From positions 1 through 43,004 of the forward strand of contig JBAXBD010000001.1 of NCBI GenBank assembly GCA_037142165.1: a stretch of 43,004 nt of DNA, in the 5' to 3' direction. The notes beneath the pieces were generated by a model that saw only the letters and a program-made list of their open reading frames with translations, had not been told where the DNA came from and did not search any database. This DNA is from Schlesneria sp. (lineage in GTDB: Bacteria; Planctomycetota; Planctomycetia; Planctomycetales; Planctomycetaceae). The position numbers were made by a program, and so were the translations under genes. Positions 36,077 through 43,004 of the stretch are shown in pieces. Position 1 is the first letter of the stretch. Each line of letters opens with the position of its first letter.

Positions 36077-38023
36077 TCATCGGTTCACGTGATCAAGCGC
36101 CGATACGGGTTGATCGTTTTCTGCTTCAGCGTCAGACAGAACCTTTGGCAACGGCGTACTTTTCCTGGTCGGGGTTTCAATCTTGTTTTCATCGGCCCGA
36201 GTTTTAGCGGGAACAGGGAGCGATAATGGTTCTGGGTCGGGTATGGGAATTGGAGCGTCAGGCGATGCCAGCGGTGTCGCAGAAAGATCAGGCAGTAATT
36301 CAGGAGGGGCACCCGAAGTCGTGTCGCGTCGAGCGATCTTCACCGGAGTCTCTGACCGAATTGCTGACGGAGCGAGCTGCCCGATATTCGCGAGCTTTGT
36401 TGGATCAATTTTCGGTAAAGCAGGTTTTGGCGCAGAAGCCTGTTTGGTACTTGTTGGTTCGGCCTTCGAAATCCTTGTTTTCGGTATGAACGCCTGCGGG
36501 ACGGGCATCGGCGTCGGCAATGCAGGTGGTTCGAGCACGGGCTGATCAGGCTTCGATTCAGGAATGACGATCGGGTCGGGAATCGGGAGCGACACTGGAG
36601 CGGGGTTCGGCACTGGAAGAGATATCGTGACTGGAGCCGGGATGGTGACTGGACCAGGGTTGGGTACTGCAATGGGTTTAGGTGCCGGAATCGGTTTCGA
36701 TTCCTGAATTGGGATTGGTACAGCTCGCAGTTCAGGAGCCGCTGGCTTTTCTTCAACTGGTTTTTGAGCGATCGATGGCGCGACGGGAATCGGTCGAGGT
36801 ATCTCTTTCGGATTGACCTCCATCTTCTCCGCCAGCACTGGATTCTCCGCCGGTTTCTGTTGTGCGAGTGATGCAGGCGGTAAAACGTCATCCGTTGTCG
36901 GAGTTTTTTGACGAATCCTGTCGCGGTAAAGAATCAATGCGTTCAACGAATGGAACAATGGGCCGCAATCGATTTTCGTATCACGGTTAATAATCAACTC
37001 GCGCGACAGCATCCAAACGGCATTCCGAACCCAGGTTTCGCTCAACCGTTCTTTGGGCAGGCTCGCCGACAGAAACTCCATCGTGTGTCCAGATGTATTA
37101 AACCGCTTGTTAACATCGGTTGTATGCCCAGGGCCTTTGTAAAACTCATTAGAAAACGATCCGTCAGGATTTTGGAGCGAACGAGCAATCTCAATATGTT
37201 GCTTGATCTTTTGATCGGCCAGATACCAGACTCCGCGCAATTGACCGCCGCTTGCCAGATATTTGTCGCGGGCTCGGGTCAACGCAAAGAGGCGATGGTT
37301 ACCACCGCAGGGAGCTCCCACAACCGGGGCACTTGTTTCCATCTGGACAAGTCGTTCAATGCTCCATGTCTCATTCAACTGATTAACCCAGACCGCATCC
37401 GGTTTGAGAAAATGTTGTAAGGCCCACAACACCCACGTCACTTCTTCCGCTGTATTCACTTCTTTCATTGAGTTGTTCACCAGATCATTGAGGGTGACAA
37501 CTTTACCCTGGACATGGAACTGATAGTCCATGGGCAGGTTCGAATGAGAGAGCAAGGCCAGGAACTGTGACGGGTGTCCCTCAAACGCATAGATTCGCGT
37601 GTAGGAATGGAACTTTGCGCCGTGTTTTGTCAGCAACAACCAGGGCTGTTTGTCGAATTGAGGCTCGGTCGTGGCGAGCCATTCAATCGCATTAACCTTC
37701 TGATCACCCAGCCTCAATACGGTGTCTTGACGCAGGGCAAGAATATTATGGAAGATTTGCCATGGCGAATGTGCATTTGCCGTGAGCGTCCGTTTGCTTG
37801 TGATCTCGATCGCGCGATCAAGCAATTCAGTGAACGGATCAGTTTGTGGAGTTACGGCGTCAGTACTATCTGCGACAACTTGAACTCCGGAAGCCGAAGA
37901 CTGTTGTTGCGAAACCGGTGAATTCTGAATCTGGGCGAAAATCTCATGTGTATGCAACAATACCGTCAATGCGCCGAAGATCAGTGTGATCCTGACCAGT
38001 TTCGGCCGGCTGCTGTTTGGCAC
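36077..38023 (-). CDS. Secreted hypothetical protein with a helical domain and long Pro-rich tail
   Basis: GTG start behind a GGAGG RBS, a signal peptide, a globular domain (SPWQIFH, EGHPSQFLA, CGGNH, GHTMEFL), then more than 250 aa of Pro-rich low-complexity sequence. Confidence 0.8.
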   Translation of the reverse strand: MPNSSRPKLVRITLIFGALTVLLHTHEIFAQIQNSPVSQQQSSASGVQVVADSTDAVTPQTDPFTELLDRAIEITSKRTLTANAHSPWQIFHNILALRQDTVLRLGDQKVNAIEWLATTEPQFDKQPWLLLTKHGAKFHSYTRIYAFEGHPSQFLALLSHSNLPMDYQFHVQGKVVTLNDLVNNSMKEVNTAEEVTWVLWALQHFLKPDAVWVNQLNETWSIERLVQMETSAPVVGAPCGGNHRLFALTRARDKYLASGGQLRGVWYLADQKIKQHIEIARSLQNPDGSFSNEFYKGPGHTTDVNKRFNTSGHTMEFLSASLPKERLSETWVRNAVWMLSRELIINRDTKIDCGPLFHSLNALILYRDRIRQKTPTTDDVLPPASLAQQKPAENPVLAEKMEVNPKEIPRPIPVAPSIAQKPVEEKPAAPELRAVPIPIQESKPIPAPKPIAVPNPGPVTIPAPVTISLPVPNPAPVSLPIPDPIVIPESKPDQPVLEPPALPTPMPVPQAFIPKTRISKAEPTSTKQASAPKPALPKIDPTKLANIGQLAPSAIRSETPVKIARRDTTSGAPPELLPDLSATPLASPDAPIPIPDPEPLSLPVPAKTRADENKIETPTRKSTPLPKVLSDAEAENDQPVSALDHVNR

Positions 38024-38365
38024 AGTTCCTCCCAAGAATCTCTGACATTTCAACAATTTACCGTCCTCGGCACGCGAGCAAGCGCAATCGTTGGAGGCAG
38101 TCATTCCAATCGCCCCTCGATGAAGAGAGGGCATTTCTTCGAAGCGTTCGATTCCAGTCAATCAGGGAACGACCGGCATCAATGGCCACTACGTATCCCC
38201 CGTTCACTCAATCGAGCGGTCGGAGACGTGCTGATTCTTCGGCACTTCCGTTACACTCGGACCACCACACGCAGCTCAAGCGGATGAGATCCCGCAATCG
38301 TCAAATTTTGACTCCCGGCTAACTTTAATCCGATCACGAAAATGGACATTTTTTAGTTCAAACTT

Positions 38366-40306
38366 ATGACAACTATCACCAATATCGCCGCTTACAAGTT
38401 CGCCACCCTGACGGGACTCAAGCCACTGCGAGAGCGACTTGCCGATCTATGTAAAGCCTGGAAATTGAAGGGGACAATCCTGCTCAGTACGGAAGGAATC
38501 AATCTTTTCGTCGCAGGTGATCAACCGGAAATTGATTTGCTGCTGAACGAACTTCGCTCGGTTCCGGGGTTAGAAGAACTTGAACCCAAAGTCAGTCAAA
38601 GTACGGATCAACCGTTTCGTCGAATGCTCGTCAAAATCAAAAAAGAGATCATCGCCTTCGGTGTCGAGGGAATCGATCCGGTCAACCGACCTGCCCCCAA
38701 GCTTTCAGCACGGGAGCTCAAGAAGTGGCTCGACGAGGGAAGGCCAATCACATTGCTCGATACACGTAACGATTACGAAATCCAACTCGGAACATTTGAA
38801 AACGCCATAACGCTCGACATCGATCACTTTCGTCAATTCCCCGACGCAGTCCGCACATTGCCGGAAACACTCAAGCACCAGCCAATTGTCATGTTTTGCA
38901 CCGGAGGTATCCGGTGTGAAAAGGCGGGACCGTTCATGGAACGGGAAGGATATGACAATATTTTTCAGCTCGATGGCGGGATTCTCAAGTATTTTGAAGA
39001 ATGTGGCTCGGCCCATTACAACGGCGAATGCTTTGTCTTTGACCAGCGAGTCGGTGTCGATCCCTCTCTGCATGAGTCGGAAATGACACAGTGCTACGTC
39101 TGTCAGACACCTCTCAGCCCGGAAGAACAGCAGGACGAACGATTCGTTGAGGCCCAATCCTGTCCGTACTGCTTTGTCACGTCACAAGAGCAGCAAACAC
39201 GTATTCTTGTTCAACGTCACGAGGCGCTCCGGAAAATTGTAACGCCATTGCCCGGAAGTCAACCCTATGAAAATGAACGGCCAATCAATGTTTCCGCCGA
39301 ATTCGATGGCCGCTCACTCATTGATTTTTTGAGCGGAATTCTAAGACAGATTCCTCGTGACGAGTGGCAGCGCACATGCGATGAGGGCCGAATCAGGAAA
39401 CGTACGGCTGCCTCTCAGCTCAGAAGATTAACCCGGGGAAAGCGAACTCGAAACAACGAAACCGAAGCCGTCGCCGCCGACCGGATCGTTCGTGCTGGTG
39501 AGCAATATCTTCACGTACTGCCTGGCACTTGTGAGCCAGATGTCAACGTGGACATTCGGATTGTCTACGAAGATGAAGCACTGATCGTCGTCCACAAACC
39601 GGCACCACTTCCCATTCATCCTTGTGGCCGATTCAACCGAAATACATTGCAATATCTATTGAGTCAGATCTATTCCCCGCAAAGTCCACGTCCTGCGCAT
39701 CGCCTGGACGCGAACACCGCCGGCCTGATACTGTTTGCTCGCACAAAACACTTCGCGACAATCCTTCAACGCCAGTTTGAACTGAGTGGAAATGACGGTA
39801 TCGAAAAGAAATACCTCGCTCGCGTCCACGGTCATCCGCTGAAAGATACGTTTCGCTGCACCCTTCCCATCAGTGATGAACCGGGCCGGGTTGGCTCGCG
39901 TCAGATCGATCTTGAACAAGGCCAGCCCGCAGATACGGAATTCCTGGTCCTCGAACGTTTCACTGACGACACGTCGCTCTTAGAAGTTATCCCTTACACC
40001 GGACGGACGAATCAGATCCGAGTGCATCTGTGGCACCTGGGTTATCCCATTTGTGGCGACGCAACCTACAAGCAAGGAAACGTTGTGGGTGACACACAGA
40101 CTGTTTCAATCGACGAGCCACAGCTTTGCCTGCTCGCTCAACGCATCGGTTTCACCCATCCGCTGACAAAACAGCGGATGGTCTTTGAGGCGGATTGTCC
40201 GCTGTGGGCTGATCGAACAACTGTCATCGCTGACGAGAAAGCAGTCGTCACAGAAATTCAGTTTCCGAGCGACGCCGTTCGCGGGGCGGTCGACATCGGC
40301 ATGTAG
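38366..40306 (+). CDS. trhO: TrhO-like rhodanese-domain tRNA hydroxylase fused to an RluA-family pseudouridine synthase
   Basis: LKGTILLSTEGIN, KIKKEII, DTRNDYE, MFCTGGIRCEKA, LDGGILKY and CFVFDQR, followed by YEDEALIVVHKP, HRLD, TGRTNQIRVHL and PICGD. Confidence 0.88.
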   Translation: MTTITNIAAYKFATLTGLKPLRERLADLCKAWKLKGTILLSTEGINLFVAGDQPEIDLLLNELRSVPGLEELEPKVSQSTDQPFRRMLVKIKKEIIAFGVEGIDPVNRPAPKLSARELKKWLDEGRPITLLDTRNDYEIQLGTFENAITLDIDHFRQFPDAVRTLPETLKHQPIVMFCTGGIRCEKAGPFMEREGYDNIFQLDGGILKYFEECGSAHYNGECFVFDQRVGVDPSLHESEMTQCYVCQTPLSPEEQQDERFVEAQSCPYCFVTSQEQQTRILVQRHEALRKIVTPLPGSQPYENERPINVSAEFDGRSLIDFLSGILRQIPRDEWQRTCDEGRIRKRTAASQLRRLTRGKRTRNNETEAVAADRIVRAGEQYLHVLPGTCEPDVNVDIRIVYEDEALIVVHKPAPLPIHPCGRFNRNTLQYLLSQIYSPQSPRPAHRLDANTAGLILFARTKHFATILQRQFELSGNDGIEKKYLARVHGHPLKDTFRCTLPISDEPGRVGSRQIDLEQGQPADTEFLVLERFTDDTSLLEVIPYTGRTNQIRVHLWHLGYPICGDATYKQGNVVGDTQTVSIDEPQLCLLAQRIGFTHPLTKQRMVFEADCPLWADRTTVIADEKAVVTEIQFPSDAVRGAVDIGM

Positions 40307-41748
40307 CCAAATTTCGTTTCCTGTCCTCTGACAAGAAAGAACTTGATCTGATTCTGACCGTCGGCAGATGGCCCCTGTTTTGCCAGTTCGTTCATGATCC
40401 ATGTGATGTTGTCGACGCTCATTGTTTCCCAGCGATCGAGACCGACAAGGACGTCACCCTTCTGCATTCCATTTGCAGCGGCAGGGCTGTCCGGCTTCAC
40501 TTCAAGAACCCGCATTCCGCCACGGTATTTGGTCTTGGAAAGTTGAGTCCGAACTTCAGCCGCAGGCAACTGTGTCATGCGAACGCCCAACTGAGTCCAG
40601 AAGCGATCTGATTCATCGTTGTTGGCTCGCGACGTCATTTGAAGATCATTCGCCAGGATCGATCGACCACCCGTGTAGCTGGACAGCGCGATTGCGGTCT
40701 TCTCAATCTTATCGCTTCTCTTGATCGTCAGCTCGACCTTGTCGCCGACCGAACGATGTAGCAGTGCTCGTTCAAGATCGACGCCGTCAATGATGTCAAC
40801 ATTTCCAGCCTTGATGATTACGTCCCCGGAACGAAGACCGGCAACTGCGGCTGGGCTTTCCGGGTGAGCTCCGTCGACCCGCAGCATTCTTGTCGAGCCA
40901 GACTTGACGTCTTTCGTGATCGCCCCGTGGAACGTTCCGTCCAGATGTTCGATACTCATCATCTTCGCGATAATGATTCGTGCATCGTCAATGGGAATCG
41001 CAAAACCGATTTTCTGAGCACCTGCTCGAATCGCGACGTTGATTCCGATCACTTCGCCGTCCATGTTGATCAATGGACCGCCGCTGTTACCTGGGTTAAT
41101 CGCTGCATCGGTCTGGATCAGGTTCTTGTAGGAAACAGTGTCGTTCGCTTCGACGTCGCGACCCAACGCACTGATATAACCAAGCGTAACAGTGCCGTCG
41201 TACCCGAAAGCATTACCAATTGCGATGACCTTCTCGCAGTACATCAAATCAGACGATGTCCCGGAAGGCATCACTTTGAATGGCTTGGCAGCGTCGACCT
41301 TGATGATCGCCAGGTCGTGTTCCCGGTCATACCGGACCTTGCGAGCGATATAGCTCGAACGGACGCGGTTTTCGTCTTCGAACTCGACACGAATGGTGTC
41401 GACGTCGGCAATCACATGGTAGTTAGTCACCATGTAACCCCGTTCATCAAAGACGATACCAGTACCCATCCCGTTGATCTTCCGGGCCTTTTCTGATGCA
41501 AACACACTGTTAGAGGTATTCGCCGCTTTCTCGGTATGGATGTTTCCAACCGAGGGGAGGGTTCGTTTGGCCGCTAACACTTCAGGAGTGATTCGTCCCG
41601 TCACAGGTTCCGATGCCGATAGCACGGTTGTTCCTGCGAGCAGGCACAAGACACTCCATAGCTTACATGAGGAAAGGCGTCGTATCATGGAAGATCTACT
41701 CGTGGGCGCTGAGGTCGGACAATAGGTGGTCATCAATGCGTCTGCCAC
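40258..41748 (-). CDS. HtrA/DegP-like serine protease with two PDZ domains
   Basis: TNYHV, DLAIIKV, IQTDAAINPGNSGGPL and two PDZ segments (SPAAVAGLRSGDVI, SPAAANGMQKGDVL). Its 3' end overlaps the convergent gene by 49 nt. Confidence 0.93.
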   Translation of the reverse strand: MADALMTTYCPTSAPTSRSSMIRRLSSCKLWSVLCLLAGTTVLSASEPVTGRITPEVLAAKRTLPSVGNIHTEKAANTSNSVFASEKARKINGMGTGIVFDERGYMVTNYHVIADVDTIRVEFEDENRVRSSYIARKVRYDREHDLAIIKVDAAKPFKVMPSGTSSDLMYCEKVIAIGNAFGYDGTVTLGYISALGRDVEANDTVSYKNLIQTDAAINPGNSGGPLINMDGEVIGINVAIRAGAQKIGFAIPIDDARIIIAKMMSIEHLDGTFHGAITKDVKSGSTRMLRVDGAHPESPAAVAGLRSGDVIIKAGNVDIIDGVDLERALLHRSVGDKVELTIKRSDKIEKTAIALSSYTGGRSILANDLQMTSRANNDESDRFWTQLGVRMTQLPAAEVRTQLSKTKYRGGMRVLEVKPDSPAAANGMQKGDVLVGLDRWETMSVDNITWIMNELAKQGPSADGQNQIKFFLVRGQETKFGYMPMSTAPRTASLGN

Positions 41749-42111
41749 AATCCCTCGCTGCTTTCGGAGGACGATCCTTCATCTCCGTAGGTTTCAGCAT
41801 CGACGAACTACATCAAAGTGCTTGATGCGGCGCTCCTTCGACGTGAATAGATTGCCCAGTCAAACGAAGTGGAAAACAGAGAAACTCTGCCACCGTCACT
41901 CCGTGGAATTCGCCGTTTTCCGAATCACTCAAAAAGTTGACTCAAGAACCAACGGCGATCAGTCACAATAACCATAAACGTGAAGGTGAGACCGGCAAGA
42001 ACTGCCGAAGATCAGCCCGTTCGAGCGACAGATTCAAGAAGACAGCACCTTACGCGCAGGACAGGCGCGAAGCTGCGTCGGTCGACCCCGTAGCGGCAGC
42101 TTCTAGCCGCC

Positions 42112-42615
42112 GACCGGCACAGCCGGCTAGTGCGCGTCGAACAACAGTTTCACCGTAGCATTGTCGTTCACGTGTTGACGAGGCAGGCTCTGTTGTGCGC
42201 GGGTCCCTCGACCACTGCTGCCAATATCTTTCGGTCGCGTAGTACGTCATTGGTAAAAAAGGCATTCCAATCGCATCGATTCGCCAGAAACAGAGTCCTG
42301 GCGAGCCGGCGCACGTCAGCCCCCGGACTCTTCGTCCGCGCGTTCAGTTACGGTATGAATCACGAGAATTTAGTCGGTTCACATATCGGTACCGGCAGTC
42401 CATTTTCGCCGAATAAGAGTCCGGCTGACGCACCCCGGCTCGCCTGACCAACGCGCGAACGCTTATCCTATTCTAATCCCATCGTCCGACGCGCATGGAC
42501 CGGTTGTCCCTGGCTCGTCTGGTCACAACGCGCGAACGATCTTCCTATTCTGAACCCGTCGTCCGACGCGCATGAACCGCCTGTGCCGGACGCGCATCAA
42601 CCGGCTGTGCCGGTC
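42112..42615. repeat. Composite repeat array: one inverted and two direct ~65-nt units, a partial unit, and a nested palindrome
   Basis: Units at 42112-42177 (inverted), 42449-42510, 42526-42588 and 42589-42615 (partial, contains the ilvE stop codon). Nested inverted repeat at 42299-42332 / 42415-42444. Confidence 0.8.
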
Positions 42616-43004
42616 AATTTGCGGAAACGTTCCAGCAGGTCGCGTGTGACGGGACCCGGTTCGCCGGTACCGATCTTACGTCCATCAAGGCTGACGACCG
42701 CAACCACTTCTGCCGCCGTTCCTGTCAGGAACATTTCGTCAGCAACATAAAGGTCGTGTCGAGTCATTGACGTTTCGAGAACTTCATAGCCACCCTCGAC
42801 CGCCAGTTGCATCACGGCGTTTCGAGTGATCCCTTCCAGGATTCCCGCATCAAGACCCGGTGTCATCAGAACGCGATTCTTCACGATGAAGATGTTGTCA
42901 CCGGTACATTCGGCGACTTCACCTTTATGGTTCAGCATCAATGCCTCAACCATGCCGGCGTCGGTTCCTTCAATCCTTGCAAGAATGTTATTCAAGTAGT
43001 TCAG
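42597..43004 (-). CDS. ilvE: Branched-chain amino acid aminotransferase (5' part outside the window)
   Basis: LNYLNNILA, EALMLN, ECTGDNIF, LEGITR, ADEMFLTGTAAEV, GPVT: class IV aminotransferase motifs. Confidence 0.92.
   Translation of the reverse strand: MNYLNNILARIEGTDAGMVEALMLNHKGEVAECTGDNIFIVKNRVLMTPGLDAGILEGITRNAVMQLAVEGGYEVLETSMTRHDLYVADEMFLTGTAAEVVAVVSLDGRKIGTGEPGPVTRDLLERFRKLTGTAG

Noticed and set aside
40258-40306. 49-nt convergent overlap of the trhO-rluA fusion and htrA
   Set aside because: Both overlapping tails lie outside the recognisable domains, and short convergent overlaps are common.
41760-42450. Short ORFs between htrA and ilvE, and a possible CRISPR or tRNA
   Set aside because: The ORFs run through repeats. 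The units are too long, degenerate and partly inverted for CRISPR, and no cloverleaf is evident.

Overview
A gene-dense bacterial chromosomal segment. Its gene families and palindromic intergenic repeats suggest Planctomycetota (inference). It runs from a truncated valS at the left edge to a truncated ilvE at the right. In between are cimA, an esterase-gluconolactonase fusion, an M16 peptidase, a VapC toxin-antitoxin pair, two secreted YtcJ-like amidohydrolases, an EF-G paralogue, three pseudouridine synthases (RluA-like, TruB, and a TrhO-RluA fusion), a Pls/PosA-type single-module NRPS and an HtrA protease. Four observations stand out. (1) An unannotated Ile/Val-rich leader peptide with promoter, antiterminator and terminator sits ahead of a translationally coupled cimA-valS operon. 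(2) A block at about 19.7-26 kb looks like a nucleotide-signalling or defence system: a deoxyribosyltransferase-like plus TPR protein, a patatin phospholipase, a membrane protein with a TIR/NDT-like domain, and a divergent lipoprotein with two PGDYG-like, possibly nucleotide-binding, domains. (3) There is an epsilon-poly-lysine-synthetase-like NRPS. (4) A nested direct and inverted repeat array is built from copies of the ilvE 3' end. I saw no rRNA, tRNA, CRISPR array, integrase or transposase. All family calls come from motif recognition by eye, not database searches.
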